DNA of 64,000 bases from an uncultured Verrucomicrobiae bacterium (GCA_963702845.1 OY969763.1:4704001-4768000); one strand, 5' to 3'. Positions 49,884 through 61,332 are shown, counted from the first letter of the stretch. Notes: generated from the sequence alone by a model not told the origin. Numbers and translations are program-made.

Positions 49884-51668
49884 ATGACCATCGACAACGA
49901 AAACCATATCAACCGCCACTTCATGCCGCATCAAATCCTCTGGATTCGCGGCGAAGAACCGATCCACGCCATCGGCAAACAAGCCGTCGCCCTCGCCGAA
50001 AAATCCGTCCGCATCGGCTGGACCTACGCCGACGGCTTTAAAAACGTGCGCAAACGGATCCTCCACAAAAACCGCGATTACCTTTTCGCCACCAAAGATT
50101 ATGCCAGCGCGCTCGAGTACATCAAACAATGCTACCAATTCGCCGAAATCTTCAACGTCACCCGCAGCATCAAATCACACGGCGAAGAAATCCTCAGCGT
50201 GAACCGTCTCGACGACAAAGGTCGTCCATCTGCCTTCACCGAAGACGTCAAAGTCGGCGTGATCAAATTCGACAACGGCTCGCGCATCATCGCCTTCAGC
50301 GCCAACCCACAAGCCATGGCCGTCTACGGCGGCGACGTCGGCCTCGACGAATTCGCCAAACATCCCAATGCCCGTCTCCTCTGGGAGACCGCCCAGGGCC
50401 GCGTCACCTGGGGTTATGATTTGGCCGTGTGGTCGAGTCACGATGGCGAAGACACATTGTTCAACGAATTCGCACAGGAAGCACGGGTGAGTGTAAGAAA
50501 ACCGATTGACGTAATTGAACGCGACAGCGTCTTGGACTGCGGCAGTCCTCTGCCGCTTTTGGGGTTCGACGGAGTCGCGGGTTCAAATCCGAAAGCGCCA
50601 GAGGGGCCGAACGTCGGCCTCGCGGAGCGCAGTCCAAAAGCTTCGCCAGTCCGAACGCCCGAGACGACTCCGAACATCCCTTGGAACCTTTATTACAAGG
50701 TCACCATCCAGGACGGCATCAACAACGGCCTCGTCGAAGTCATCAACAAATCGCGCGGGACTAAGTTTACCGCGGACCAATTCCTGGCCGATTGCAAAGC
50801 ACGCGCGCGGGATGAGGAAGTTTTCCAACAAGCGTATATGTGCAATCCGCTCGGTGCGGCCACCAATCACATCGTGGAATGGAGCGCGATCGAACGTTGC
50901 CGTCACGATTACAAGATCGAGCGTGTCCATCTCGAAGCGGACGAAGTCCAACAACAATTCGGTGCGTTCAATCCGTCGAGTGCGCGCGAACGGGAAAACA
51001 ACATCGAAGCGTTCCTATGCAAAAAGTTTCCATCGCTGGATTTCAATCCCATCCACAGCACGCCCACGTTCCGGCTCGGCTTCGACGTCGCCGCCAGTGG
51101 CACGGGTGATCTGGCCGTCATTTACATCGACGAGAAAAAGGGGGACGAACATTGGCTTCGTGCCTTGTTCACCTGTCGCACCGAAGACTGGCACTTTCTC
51201 AAGACGGTCCTGTTCTATTTCATGAACACGACCGGTTCGCTCAAAGGCGCCGGCGACGAAACCGGTCTGGGCCGCCAGATCTGTTGGGAAGCGGCGCAGA
51301 AATTCGGGTCGCGCTGGAAATCGGTGAACTTCGCCAGCAAGAAGCACGACCTTGGTTTCAACCTGATGAACCAGTTGAGCGTCGCGCAAAAGCGTTTCCC
51401 GAGCAGCGAACACGACATCGCAGGCGACTACTATGCGCTCAAGAAAATGTTCAACGGCAACAAATGGAATTTCGCCGAAGGCAAAAACGCGCTCAACCCG
51501 GCGAGCCATTGCGACATCGCCTGGGCCGGCGCATTGGCCAGCGAAGCGCCCAAGAGCGGCGGCGGCATCGGCATTTCCGTGCTGATGGAGGGCGGCACGT
51601 GGTCGACGTATCACACTGACGATCCGATTCCCAAGCCGACGCCGTATCCGGGTAAGGCGGTTTGGTAG
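49884..51668 (+). CDS. Mu gp28-like large terminase subunit
   Basis: FMPHQ..W, EKSVRIGWT (Walker A-like), VGLDEFA (Walker B), FQQAYMC, nuclease GFDVA..GD, DETGLG, HCDIAWA. Confidence 0.85.
   Translation: MTIDNENHINRHFMPHQILWIRGEEPIHAIGKQAVALAEKSVRIGWTYADGFKNVRKRILHKNRDYLFATKDYASALEYIKQCYQFAEIFNVTRSIKSHGEEILSVNRLDDKGRPSAFTEDVKVGVIKFDNGSRIIAFSANPQAMAVYGGDVGLDEFAKHPNARLLWETAQGRVTWGYDLAVWSSHDGEDTLFNEFAQEARVSVRKPIDVIERDSVLDCGSPLPLLGFDGVAGSNPKAPEGPNVGLAERSPKASPVRTPETTPNIPWNLYYKVTIQDGINNGLVEVINKSRGTKFTADQFLADCKARARDEEVFQQAYMCNPLGAATNHIVEWSAIERCRHDYKIERVHLEADEVQQQFGAFNPSSARERENNIEAFLCKKFPSLDFNPIHSTPTFRLGFDVAASGTGDLAVIYIDEKKGDEHWLRALFTCRTEDWHFLKTVLFYFMNTTGSLKGAGDETGLGRQICWEAAQKFGSRWKSVNFASKKHDLGFNLMNQLSVAQKRFPSSEHDIAGDYYALKKMFNGNKWNFAEGKNALNPASHCDIAWAGALASEAPKSGGGIGISVLMEGGTWSTYHTDDPIPKPTPYPGKAVW
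50521..50647 (+). repeat. REP-like palindromic element (family B) inserted in frame in the terminase
   Basis: TTGGACTGCG...CCTCTGCCGCTTT ... AAAGCGCCAGAGG...CGCAGTCCAA inverted arms. Confidence 0.75.
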
Positions 51669-51796
51669 GGCGAGGCTCCCGCCGAGCTGGGTTCGCGCAA
51701 CGTGCGGAAAGGCTCAGCAGGAGCTTCGCCCTACCGAGTTTTCGAAAGAACGGCCGCGCGCGGAGCCGGAAGGTCCGGTTCGCAAACGCGCCCTAC
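51664..51796. repeat. GTAG-type REP cluster (family C) between the terminase and argS; degenerate relative at about 49768
   Basis: GGTAGGGCGAGGCTCC...GGAGCTTCGCCCTACC, second GCCCTACC end at about 51796; the terminase stop lies in the GTAG. Confidence 0.7.
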
Positions 51797-51834
51797 CAAC
51801 GCGGAAATTCGTACGCGCGTGAACATGGTTACGT

Positions 51835-51884
51835 CTGCCGATTTGGAAATCGGCGATACGGCAGGCTCGGAGGCCTGCGATACG
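51835..51884 (-). repeat. REP family A copy downstream of argS
   Basis: CTGCCGATTTGGAAATCGGCGATACGGCAGGCTCGGAGGCCTGCGATACG. Confidence 0.8.
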
Positions 51885-51887
51885 CAG

Positions 51888-53618
51888 CTACATCGTCTCG
51901 GTGACTTCGATGCCGAGGACTTCCAAGCCTTGCTTGAGGACTTTGGCGGTCACTTCGCACAAGGCGAGGCGAGCGGCGCGTTGGGGACCTTCGGCTTTGA
52001 GCACGGGGCAATTCTCGTAGAAGCGCGCGAAGTGGCCGGACAAATCGTAGAGATATGTGCAGAGAAAATTCGGGCGGTAATCCTCGGCGACGGCTTCGAG
52101 GACCAGGCCGAAGTTCAACAGGTGTTTGGCCAAAGTGAGTTCTTCGGGAGCGCCGAGCGGGATTTCGCCGCCGCCACCGGCGTTATCGAGATCGCCTTTG
52201 CGGAAAATACTGCGGACGCGGGTGTAGGAGTATTGCAGATACGGCGCGGTGTTGCCCTGGAGCGACAGCATCTTGTCCCAACTGAAGACGTAATCGCTCT
52301 GGCGATTTTGGGAGAGGTCGGCGTATTTGATGGAGCCGAGGCCGACGACCCGCGCGATTTCGAGGCGCGCTTCTTTGGTCATGTCGGCGTTTTTTTCGCT
52401 GACGACTTTGAAGGCGCGTTCTTCGGCTTCGTCGAGCAGGTCCTCGAGTTTGACGGTGTCGCCCGAGCGGGTTTTGAACGGTTTGCCGTCTTCACCGAGG
52501 ATCGAGCCGAACCAGACGTGGGCCAGTTTGACGCCGGTTTCCGAATGCCATTTGCGGAAAGCGGTGAAGATCTGGCGAAAGTGCAATTGCTGGCGACCGT
52601 CGGTGACGTAAATGATTTCGTCCGGCTTCGCGCCCCACGTGCCGCCTTCCATGCGGAATTGCAAGGTGGCGAGGTCGGTCGTGGTGTAATTGAAACCGGC
52701 GTCGCTCTTTTGCACGAGCGCGGGATGTTCTTTCAAATCGGGAACATCATCAAACGGGACGATGAGCGCGCCTTCGCTCTCGCGGGCGAGACCGCTTTTT
52801 TTCAGGTCTTCGATGACGTTTTTGAGGCGTGGATTGTAATAGCTCTCGCCGTAGGTGTAATCGAATTTGACGCCGAGCCGGTTATAGACGCGTTCGAATT
52901 GCGTTTCGGAGAGCGCGATCATATCGCGCCAAATTTGCAGGTTCTCCTCGTCGCCGCTCTGGAGCTTGACGAGTTCCTGGCGCGCTTCGTCGAGCACGGC
53001 CGGATTTTGTTCGCAGGCGGCGTTGACCAATTTATAGAGGCGCTCCATTTCGCCGATGGGGTCCTTTTCGAGCGCGGCTTTGTCGAGGTGCTGTTTCCAG
53101 CCGACGAGCAATTTGCCGAACTGCGTGCCCCAATCGCCGATGTGGTTGTCGGTCACGACGCGATGGCCGAGCAGACGCAGGACGCGCGCGAGGGAATCGC
53201 CAAGAATGGTCGAGCGAATGTGACCGACGTGCATCGGCTTGGCGACATTGGGCGAACTGAAATCGATCACGACCGTGCGCGGCTTGGTCGTCTTTTGGAA
53301 AAACAGGTGTTCGCCGCGAAGCGCGCCAACGAGTGTTTTGCCGATGGCGGATGGTTTGAGGGTGAAATTGAGAAAGCCGGCGCCGGCGATCTCGACTTTG
53401 TCGCACCACTCGGAGACGTCGAGCTTGGCTTTGACGTCGGTGGCCAACTGGCGCGGGTTCATCTTGCGCTCTTTGGCGAGCGACATGAGAGCGTTGCTTT
53501 GGTAATCGCCGAACTTGGAGTCCGTTGCAGGGCGCACGAGAACGCGGGAGACATCCGCGTCCGGGAGAATGGCGCGAACGGCTTCCTGCAATTTTTGTTC
53601 GAGAAAGATGTGTAGCAC
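51888..53618 (-). CDS. argS: Arginine--tRNA ligase
   Basis: FGDYQ, SSPNVAKPMHVGH, GDWGTQFG, FKTRSG, GNTAPYLQY. Confidence 0.97.
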   Translation of the reverse strand: MLHIFLEQKLQEAVRAILPDADVSRVLVRPATDSKFGDYQSNALMSLAKERKMNPRQLATDVKAKLDVSEWCDKVEIAGAGFLNFTLKPSAIGKTLVGALRGEHLFFQKTTKPRTVVIDFSSPNVAKPMHVGHIRSTILGDSLARVLRLLGHRVVTDNHIGDWGTQFGKLLVGWKQHLDKAALEKDPIGEMERLYKLVNAACEQNPAVLDEARQELVKLQSGDEENLQIWRDMIALSETQFERVYNRLGVKFDYTYGESYYNPRLKNVIEDLKKSGLARESEGALIVPFDDVPDLKEHPALVQKSDAGFNYTTTDLATLQFRMEGGTWGAKPDEIIYVTDGRQQLHFRQIFTAFRKWHSETGVKLAHVWFGSILGEDGKPFKTRSGDTVKLEDLLDEAEERAFKVVSEKNADMTKEARLEIARVVGLGSIKYADLSQNRQSDYVFSWDKMLSLQGNTAPYLQYSYTRVRSIFRKGDLDNAGGGGEIPLGAPEELTLAKHLLNFGLVLEAVAEDYRPNFLCTYLYDLSGHFARFYENCPVLKAEGPQRAARLALCEVTAKVLKQGLEVLGIEVTETM

Positions 53619-53658
53619 AGCTATCGGTTAAATCTGGCGCTGCTTTGTGTCTCTGACA

Positions 53659-53709
53659 CCTGCCGATTTGGAAATCGGCGACACAGCAGGTTTGGAAACC
53701 TGCGATACG
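53659..53709 (-). repeat. REP family A copy upstream of argS
   Basis: CCTGCCGATTTGGAAATCGGCGACACAGCAGGTTTGGAAACCTGCGATACG. Confidence 0.85.
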
Positions 53710-53720
53710 GCGCGACTCCT

Positions 53721-54188
53721 TTATTTCGGCGTAGAGAATTTTTTGATCACCTCGAACATGGCGGCGGCGTCCGGGGCTTGTTCCAGTTCCAGGCGAAAAT
53801 CTTTCATGTGCAGCAATTTTGCGATGCTGGCCAAGGTATGAAGATGTTTCTGGAACTGGCCTTGCGGGACGAGGAACAACATGACGAGGTTGACCGGCTG
53901 ATTGTCGAGCGCGTCGAAATTGACGCCGGTCTTGGAACGGCCGAGCGCGCCGACGACTTCGGTGATGAGATCGGTCGAGGCGTGCGGGATGCCAATGCCA
54001 AAGCCGATCCCGGTGCTCATGGAGGTTTCGCGCTTCTTCACGACAGCGGCGATGGCCTCCCGATTTTCGGGCCGGATCTTTTTGGTGGCGACCAGATTTT
54101 CGATCAGTTCATCGATTGCATCCCAACGATTGGCAGCTTTGAGCTGGGGGAGCAAATTTTCCGGACCTAAAATATCGCCTAAATTCAT
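53721..54188 (-). CDS. PTS IIA component (Ntr/fructose-type)
   Basis: RETSMSTGIGFGIGIPHA; FDALDNQPV. Confidence 0.9.
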   Translation of the reverse strand: MNLGDILGPENLLPQLKAANRWDAIDELIENLVATKKIRPENREAIAAVVKKRETSMSTGIGFGIGIPHASTDLITEVVGALGRSKTGVNFDALDNQPVNLVMLFLVPQGQFQKHLHTLASIAKLLHMKDFRLELEQAPDAAAMFEVIKKFSTPK

Positions 54189-54413
54189 ACGAAACGCTTG
54201 TTCATTTCGCCTGAAGCGCAACCGCAATTCAAGAGGAATGTTCGCCGAACGTCGGCCTCGCACGAGGAAGAGACCAAGAAGAAACGCAAAACGAAGAATT
54301 AAGATGCGCTCGTCCGCAAAAAAAACTATTCTGTAGTATTGCGTAAGCGCCGCATTTCGTTAAAAAATAGCAAAATTTTATATTCGACCACAACGGGTCG
54401 GTGACTGTCAGAG

Positions 54414-57400
54414 ATGAGTTCGCGAAAAAACCACAACATTTTATCAGGGCCACCGCCTAAACAAGGGCTTTACGATCCGCAATTTGAGCACGACGCATGC
54501 GGCGTAGGTTTCGTCGTTAACGTCGCTGGGGCAAAATCGCACAAGATCATTTCTGACGCGCTGACGATCCTGATGAATTTGGATCACCGCGGCGCGTGCG
54601 GATGCGAAGTGAACACTGGTGACGGCGCAGGCATTCTGATGCAGATGCCGCACAAGTTCCTCGAACAGGCGTGTGCGGAAGCGAAAATTAAATTACCGGC
54701 GGCCGGTCAATACGGCGCTGGAATGGTTTTTCTGCCGCGCAATGCGACGGCTCGTAAAACGTGCGAAAAGCAGTTTGAGCAAATTGTCGCTGAAGAAGGA
54801 CAGACATTTTTGGGTTGGCGCACGGTGCCTTGCGATAATTCTTCCCTGGGCAACACGGCGCAGGCTTCGGAGCCGTTTATTCGGCAGGTATTTATTGGTC
54901 GGTCGGCGGATTTAACCGATGACATGGCGTTTGAGCGGAAGCTTTACGTTATTCGCAAACGCGCGGAACGGGCACTTCGCTACGGCGAAATCAAAGGCGC
55001 GCACGTTTTTTACGTCTGCTCGCTGTCCTGCAAGACGATGGTTTATAAGGGCATGTTGCTGACGAAGCAGATGGACGCGTATTTCCCGGACTTGAAAAAT
55101 CCGGCGATGGAAAGCGCGCTGGCGCTGGTTCACTCACGGTTCAGCACGAACACGTTCCCAAGCTGGGATCGCGCGCATCCGTATCGTTACATCGCGCACA
55201 ACGGCGAAATCAACACGCTCCGCGGCAACATCAATTGGATGCACGCGCGCCAGGCGATGTTTGAATCGAAGTTGTTCGGGGACGATCTGAAGAAACTTTT
55301 GCCCATTATTAATACGGATGGGTCTGACTCGGGGATGTTCGATAACTGCCTGGAGTTGCTCGTGCTCTCGGGACGTTCATTGCCGCATGCGATGATGATG
55401 ATGATTCCGGAGCCGTGGTCGAATCACGAGACCATGAGCGACGAGAAGAAGGCATTCTATGAATATCATAGCTGCCTGATGGAGCCTTGGGATGGTCCGG
55501 CGGCGGTGGCGTTTACGGACGGCAAACTAATTGGCGCGTGCCTGGATCGTAATGGTCTGCGACCGTCGCGTTATTACGTGACCAAGGATGGCTTTGTCAT
55601 CATGGCGTCGGAAGTGGGAGTGCTCGATATCGCGCCGGAAAACATTTTGCAGAAAGGGCGCTTGCAGCCCGGTCGCATGTTCCTTGTCGATACGGAGGAG
55701 GGCCGCATCGTTGCCGACGAAGAGATCAAACAGGAAATCGCGACGGAACATCCGTATCGCCAATGGCTCGATAAATATATGCTCGAGCTGGCGCGCGTTC
55801 CGGAAGCAGAACATCTCGCTGAGCCTTCGCACGAAACGGTGATGCAACGGCAGCAGGCGTTCGGTTATACGTTCGAAGATTTGCGCATCATCATGGCGCC
55901 GATGGCGCGCGATGGCGTGGAAGCGATTGGCTCGATGGGCACGGACACGCCACTGGCGGTTTTGTCCGATAAACCGCAGCTGCTCTATAACTATTTCAAG
56001 CAATTGTTCGCGCAGGTCACGAATCCGCCGATCGATTGTATTCGCGAAGAATTGGTCACCTCGGCTGAAACGACTATCGGCACAGAAGGCAATTTGCTCG
56101 AACCGAAGCCTGAGAGTTGCCATTTGATCGAGCTGAAGACGCCGATTCTGACGAACGAAGAATTTGCGAAGCTCAAGCACATTAATCAGCCTGGATTTAA
56201 ATCCAAGACGCTTTCAATTTTGTTCAAGGCGTCGGATGGCGAAGAGGGTTTGGCGAGCGCGATGCAGAATTTGTATGAACAGGCCAGTCGCGCGATTGAG
56301 CAAGGCGTTAATATTCTGATTTTGTCGGACCGCGGAGTTAGTAAGGATCTTGCGCCGATTCCGGCGTTGCTGGCGGTTTCGGGCATGCATCATCATTTGA
56401 TTCGCGAAGGCACGCGCACACGCGTGGGCCTGGTGCTCGAATCGGGCGAACCGCGGGAAGTGCATCATTTCTCGTTGTTGATCGGTTACGGCGCAGGAGC
56501 GATCAATCCGTATGTGGCGTTCGAGACGCTTGACGACATGATTCGTCAGGGCTTGCTCGTGAAAGTCGACCACAAGACGGCGTGCAAGAATTTTGTTAAG
56601 GCGGCGGTCAAAGGCGTGGTGAAGGTCATTTCGAAGATGGGCATCTCCACGATCCAGAGCTATCGCGGCGCGCAGATTTTCGAAGCGATTGGTCTGCATC
56701 CGCACGTTGTTGAAAAATATTTTACGGGCACGGCTTCGCGCGTTGGTGGCATTGGCCTGGATGTGATCGCGACTGAAGCGCAAAAGCGACATCAACACGC
56801 GTTCCCGGATCGCCAGGTGAACGGCCACACGTTGGATGTGGGCGGTCAATATCAATGGCGTCAGGACGGCGAGCATCACCTGTTCAATCCGCAGACGATT
56901 CACAAGCTACAGAAGGCTTGCCGCACGGGTGATTACAAAACTTTCAAGGAATACTCCGAGTTGGTTAACGACCAGTCGAAGAAACACGCGACGTTGCGTG
57001 GTTTGTTGGAGATTAAGTTTCCGAAAAAACCGATTTCGGTTTATGAAGTTGAATCGGTTGAGTCAATTTTGACGCGCTTCAAATCGGGCGCGATGTCTTA
57101 CGGTTCCATCAGCAAGGAAGCGCACGAAGCGCTGGCCATCGCGATGAACCGCATCGGCGGCAAGAGCAACACGGGCGAAGGTGGCGAAGATCCCGCGCGT
57201 TACAAACTTGAGGCGAATGGGGATTCGAAGAACAGTGCGATTAAGCAGGTTGCCTCTGGCCGTTTCGGCGTAACGAGCGAATACCTCGTGATGGCGCAGG
57301 AACTGCAAATCAAGATGGCGCAGGGCGCAAAGCCGGGTGAAGGCGGGCAGCTTCCAGGAGCGAAAGTTTTCCCATGGATTGCGAAAGTTCGCTATTCCAC

Positions 57401-59033
57401 TCCGGGTGTCGGTCTCATTTCACCGCCGCCGCACCATGACATTTACTCGATCGAAGATTTGGCTGAGTTGATCCACGACCTGAAAAACGCGAACACGAAA
57501 GCGCGTATCAGCGTGAAGCTCGTAGCTGAAGTTGGTGTGGGCACGATTGCGGCGGGCGTCGCGAAGGCGCACGCGGACGTAGTCCTGATCAGCGGCTACG
57601 ACGGCGGCACGGGTGCTTCGCCGATCACCAGCATTAAGCACGCGGGTATCCCGTGGGAGCTCGGTCTTGCCGAAGCGCACCAGACGCTGGTGCTGAATAA
57701 TCTGCGCAGCCGAATCGCGGTTGAAACGGATGGTCAGTTGAAGACTGGTCGTGACGTGATCGTTGCGGCGTTGCTCGGTGCTGAAGAATTTGGTTTTGCG
57801 ACCGCGCCACTCGTGACGCTGGGTTGCATTATGATGCGCGTTTGCCACTTGAACACGTGCCCGGTTGGCGTTGCCACTCAAGACGCGGAATTGCGCAAGC
57901 GGTTTACCGGGGATCCGGCGCACACGGTTAATTTCATGCGCATGATTGCGCAGGAAGTTCGTGAGCTGATGGCGCAACTTGGCGCGCGCAACGTCACCGA
58001 CCTCGTCGGCCGCACTGACTTGCTCGAACCGCGCAAAGCTATCGACCATTGGAAAGCGCGCGGGCTGGATTTCTCGAACATTTTGTATCAGCCGAAAGTG
58101 GCGAAGGACGTCGGTCGCTTCAAACAGATGGAACAGGACCACGGGCTGACCGAAGCGCTCGATAACACGCAGCTTTTAAAAATCTGCGAACCGGCGCTGG
58201 CGAAGGGCCACAAAGTCGAAGCGAAAATTCAAATCCGCAACGTCAATCGCGTTGTCGGGACGATCCTCGGTAGCGAACTGACTCGTCGCCATGGCGCGAA
58301 AGGGTTGCCGGACGATACGATCAAAATTCATTTCACCGGTTCGGCCGGTCAGAGCTTTGGCGCTTTCATGCCGCGTGGTATCACGTGGACGCTGGAAGGC
58401 GACGCGAACGATTACGTCGGCAAAGGTCTTTCTGGTGGCAAGATCATCGTTTATCCGCCGAAGGGTTCGACCTTCGCTGCGGAAGACAACATGATCACCG
58501 GCAACGTGGCGTTTTACGGCGCGACGTCGGGCGAAGCCTACGTCAGCGGTATGGCCGGCGAACGGTTCTGTGTTCGTAACAGCGGATTGCATGCTGTTGT
58601 TGAAGCGGTGGGCGATCATGGTTGTGAATATATGACCGGCGGCCGCGTGGTTGTTCTCGGCGCGACTGGCCGTAACTTTGCCGCGGGTATGTCCGGCGGC
58701 GTGGCCTACGTGCTGGATGAAGTCGGCGATTTCAAGAGCCGTTGCAATCAGCAGATGGTCGGCCTGGAAAAATTTGAAGGCGCTGAAGAACTCGAACAGA
58801 TCCGCCAGATGATCGTGCGGCATGCCGAGTTGACTCACAGCAAACGTGCCGCGAAAATTCTCGCCGCCTGGAGCGAGATATCCGGCAAGTTTGTGAAAGT
58901 TATTCCGAAGGACTACAAACGAATGCTCGCCTGCATGAAAAAGGCAGAGCAATCGGGCTTGAGCGGCGAAGAAGCTGTGATGGCCGCCTTTGAAGAAAAC
59001 GCCCGCGACGTGTCCCGTGTTGGGGGTAGCTAA
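54414..59033 (+). CDS. gltB: Glutamate synthase large subunit
   Basis: [38 protein letters not shown]-terminal domain. Confidence 0.98.
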   Translation: MSSRKNHNILSGPPPKQGLYDPQFEHDACGVGFVVNVAGAKSHKIISDALTILMNLDHRGACGCEVNTGDGAGILMQMPHKFLEQACAEAKIKLPAAGQYGAGMVFLPRNATARKTCEKQFEQIVAEEGQTFLGWRTVPCDNSSLGNTAQASEPFIRQVFIGRSADLTDDMAFERKLYVIRKRAERALRYGEIKGAHVFYVCSLSCKTMVYKGMLLTKQMDAYFPDLKNPAMESALALVHSRFSTNTFPSWDRAHPYRYIAHNGEINTLRGNINWMHARQAMFESKLFGDDLKKLLPIINTDGSDSGMFDNCLELLVLSGRSLPHAMMMMIPEPWSNHETMSDEKKAFYEYHSCLMEPWDGPAAVAFTDGKLIGACLDRNGLRPSRYYVTKDGFVIMASEVGVLDIAPENILQKGRLQPGRMFLVDTEEGRIVADEEIKQEIATEHPYRQWLDKYMLELARVPEAEHLAEPSHETVMQRQQAFGYTFEDLRIIMAPMARDGVEAIGSMGTDTPLAVLSDKPQLLYNYFKQLFAQVTNPPIDCIREELVTSAETTIGTEGNLLEPKPESCHLIELKTPILTNEEFAKLKHINQPGFKSKTLSILFKASDGEEGLASAMQNLYEQASRAIEQGVNILILSDRGVSKDLAPIPALLAVSGMHHHLIREGTRTRVGLVLESGEPREVHHFSLLIGYGAGAINPYVAFETLDDMIRQGLLVKVDHKTACKNFVKAAVKGVVKVISKMGISTIQSYRGAQIFEAIGLHPHVVEKYFTGTASRVGGIGLDVIATEAQKRHQHAFPDRQVNGHTLDVGGQYQWRQDGEHHLFNPQTIHKLQKACRTGDYKTFKEYSELVNDQSKKHATLRGLLEIKFPKKPISVYEVESVESILTRFKSGAMSYGSISKEAHEALAIAMNRIGGKSNTGEGGEDPARYKLEANGDSKNSAIKQVASGRFGVTSEYLVMAQELQIKMAQGAKPGEGGQLPGAKVFPWIAKVRYSTPGVGLISPPPHHDIYSIEDLAELIHDLKNANTKARISVKLVAEVGVGTIAAGVAKAHADVVLISGYDGGTGASPITSIKHAGIPWELGLAEAHQTLVLNNLRSRIAVETDGQLKTGRDVIVAALLGAEEFGFATAPLVTLGCIMMRVCHLNTCPVGVATQDAELRKRFTGDPAHTVNFMRMIAQEVRELMAQLGARNVTDLVGRTDLLEPRKAIDHWKARGLDFSNILYQPKVAKDVGRFKQMEQDHGLTEALDNTQLLKICEPALAKGHKVEAKIQIRNVNRVVGTILGSELTRRHGAKGLPDDTIKIHFTGSAGQSFGAFMPRGITWTLEGDANDYVGKGLSGGKIIVYPPKGSTFAAEDNMITGNVAFYGATSGEAYVSGMAGERFCVRNSGLHAVVEAVGDHGCEYMTGGRVVVLGATGRNFAAGMSGGVAYVLDEVGDFKSRCNQQMVGLEKFEGAEELEQIRQMIVRHAELTHSKRAAKILAAWSEISGKFVKVIPKDYKRMLACMKKAEQSGLSGEEAVMAAFEENARDVSRVGGS

Positions 59034-59063
59034 ACAATTTGAAATTTAACAGATAAACCAGAA

Positions 59064-60542
59064 ATGGGTAAACCCACAGGTTTCATAGAATATTTACGCG
59101 AGCTGCCGCTAGACCGGGCAGCGCTCGAGCGCATTAACGACTGGAACGAGTTCCACCTTCATATGAAGGAGGACAAGATGCGCGAACAAGCCGCGCGCTG
59201 CATGGATTGCGGCATTCCGTTCTGCCACACGGGCACGCTTATCAGCGGCATGGCTTCGGGTTGCCCGATCAACAATCTCATTCCGGAATGGAATGATCTG
59301 GTTTATCGCGGGCTTTGGAAGGAAGCACTCGACCGTCTCCATAAGACGAACAATTTTCCTGATTTCACCGGTCGCGTCTGCCCTGCTCCTTGCGAAGGAT
59401 CATGCGTGCTCGGCATCAATGCTCCGCCGGTCACGATTAAGACGATCGAAGCGGCGATTGCGGATAAAGGTTGGGATTCGGGCTGGATTGTTCCTGAACC
59501 ACCGCAAAAACGCACCGGCAAGAAAGTTGCCGTGATTGGTTCTGGTCCTGCGGGGCTTTGCGCTGCGGCACAGTTGAACAAGGCTGGTCATAATGTCAGC
59601 GTTTTCGAACGGGACGATCGGCCCGGCGGGTTGCTCATGTATGGCATCCCAAACATGAAGCTCGATAAGCAATTGGTGTTACGTCGTATCGACCAGATGG
59701 CGAAGGAGGGCATTCAGTTCGTCAATAACACCGAGGTCGGAAAGAATTATTCCGCTGAAAAATTGCGCAAGGAATTTGATGCGGTCGTCATCTGCACCGG
59801 CGCGACGAAAGGCCGCGACCTGCCGATCGAAGGACGGCAGCTTGGTGGGATCCATTTCGCGATGGAATTTCTACGCGGCAATACGAAGAGCATTTTGGAT
59901 AAGAGCAAAAACGGCAACTTGATCTCGGCGTGTGGAAAAGATGTTGTCGTGATCGGCGGCGGTGACACTGGAACGGATTGTGTGGGCACGTCGTTGCGCC
60001 ACGGCTGCAAGAGCCTCGTTCAGGTTGAAATTTTGCCACGTTCTCCGATGGAGCGTGCCAAGGACAATCCGTGGCCGGAATGGCCGAAGATTTATCGTCT
60101 CGATTACGGCCAGGAAGAAGCGGCCGCGAAGTTTGGCGCTGACCCGCGAGTGTATCTCACGACGGCGATGAAGTTCGAAGGTGATGAGAACGGGAACGTC
60201 AAAGCCGTGCACACGGTTGAAGTGAAGTGGGAGAAAACTGAAAAAGGATTTACGCCAGTGCCTGTTGCCGGGACGGAAAAAGTTCGTCCTACACAACTTG
60301 TGTTGTTGGCGATGGGATTCCTCGGGCCGGAACAGCCGTTGCTCGAACAGCTCAATGTTGAACGCGATGCGCGTTCCAACGCGAAAGCTGATTTCAATAA
60401 GTACACGACCAACGTCAAAGGCGTGTTCGCCGCTGGCGATGCGCGTCGTGGACAGAGCCTTGTCGTCTGGGCCTTCAACGAAGGTCGTGGTGCGGCGCGT
60501 GAATGCGATCGCTATTTAATGGGCTCGACGGATTTGCCGTAG
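59064..60542 (+). CDS. gltD: Glutamate synthase small subunit
   Basis: [33 protein letters not shown]. Confidence 0.97.
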   Translation: MGKPTGFIEYLRELPLDRAALERINDWNEFHLHMKEDKMREQAARCMDCGIPFCHTGTLISGMASGCPINNLIPEWNDLVYRGLWKEALDRLHKTNNFPDFTGRVCPAPCEGSCVLGINAPPVTIKTIEAAIADKGWDSGWIVPEPPQKRTGKKVAVIGSGPAGLCAAAQLNKAGHNVSVFERDDRPGGLLMYGIPNMKLDKQLVLRRIDQMAKEGIQFVNNTEVGKNYSAEKLRKEFDAVVICTGATKGRDLPIEGRQLGGIHFAMEFLRGNTKSILDKSKNGNLISACGKDVVVIGGGDTGTDCVGTSLRHGCKSLVQVEILPRSPMERAKDNPWPEWPKIYRLDYGQEEAAAKFGADPRVYLTTAMKFEGDENGNVKAVHTVEVKWEKTEKGFTPVPVAGTEKVRPTQLVLLAMGFLGPEQPLLEQLNVERDARSNAKADFNKYTTNVKGVFAAGDARRGQSLVVWAFNEGRGAARECDRYLMGSTDLP

Positions 60543-60564
60543 TCAAGCAGACTTCGGCATACGC

Positions 60565-61332
60565 ATGAGAACCCAACGCTCCGGCGCAAACATTTCATTT
60601 GTTGCCTTCACATTAATTGAATTGCTGGTGGTTATCGCCATCATCGCCATTCTGGCGAGCATGCTTTTGCCGGCGCTCGCGAAAGCAAAAGACAAATCCC
60701 GCCGCATTGTTTGCATAGGGAACCTGAAGCAACTCGGGCTCGGGAGCGTCATGTACGCGGGCGATTGGAATGGGCTCTATACCGGCAACGTCAGCTATTA
60801 CGACGACAATGATAACTGGATGTATGGCGATTACGTGAAGAACACGAAATCGTTCGTTTGCCCGAGCACGCAAAATACGGTTCGAAATTTGAAGGTGAAA
60901 AATGCGCTGGGGCTGACGGAGTATGTCGATCTGCAATACTTTGCCACGAATCAGAATTCGCCCTTCGGCTACACGTATGAAAATTTTGCGTGGTGGGCCG
61001 GATTTACCGACAGCCCAAAAGCCGGACCAGCGGGTTCGAGCCAGGAAAAAAAGAGTGAACGCAAAGTTGTTGCCCGTGCGCATGCCGGGAACAACCTAAA
61101 CCTTCAAGGAATTATTCCCGGCCCGACGCGCACGTTTCTGATCGTGCATGCGGACAATTATTACAACAAAACGAATCCCGGAGCGATTTACGATTGGCCG
61201 GACAAGACCGATGGGCATGGCGATCTCGGTTTTCAAGCGACATACGCCGATGGGCACGCACAACTAATCCTGTTGCGCGATTGGCTTATAGCACGCGAGC
61301 TGTCCTGCGACACGTGGCGCACGAGCCCGTAA
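60565..61332 (+). CDS. Prepilin-type N-methylation protein (H-X9-DG/DUF1559-like)
   Basis: [27 protein letters not shown].......YADGH. Confidence 0.85.
   Translation: MRTQRSGANISFVAFTLIELLVVIAIIAILASMLLPALAKAKDKSRRIVCIGNLKQLGLGSVMYAGDWNGLYTGNVSYYDDNDNWMYGDYVKNTKSFVCPSTQNTVRNLKVKNALGLTEYVDLQYFATNQNSPFGYTYENFAWWAGFTDSPKAGPAGSSQEKKSERKVVARAHAGNNLNLQGIIPGPTRTFLIVHADNYYNKTNPGAIYDWPDKTDGHGDLGFQATYADGHAQLILLRDWLIARELSCDTWRTSP

Noticed and set aside
36835..51700. tRNA-Ala-anchored integrative island or prophage
   Set aside because: No integrase and no duplicated tRNA 3' end seen. GGGTTCAAATCC at about 50579 resembles a T-loop but lacks a complete T-stem and lies inside the REP insert.
51702..53615. 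637-aa plus-strand ORF, and similar long antisense ORFs such as 40987..42303, 16843..17880 and 824..1903
   Set aside because: Shadow ORFs opposite well-supported genes in GC-rich DNA, with no recognisable motifs.
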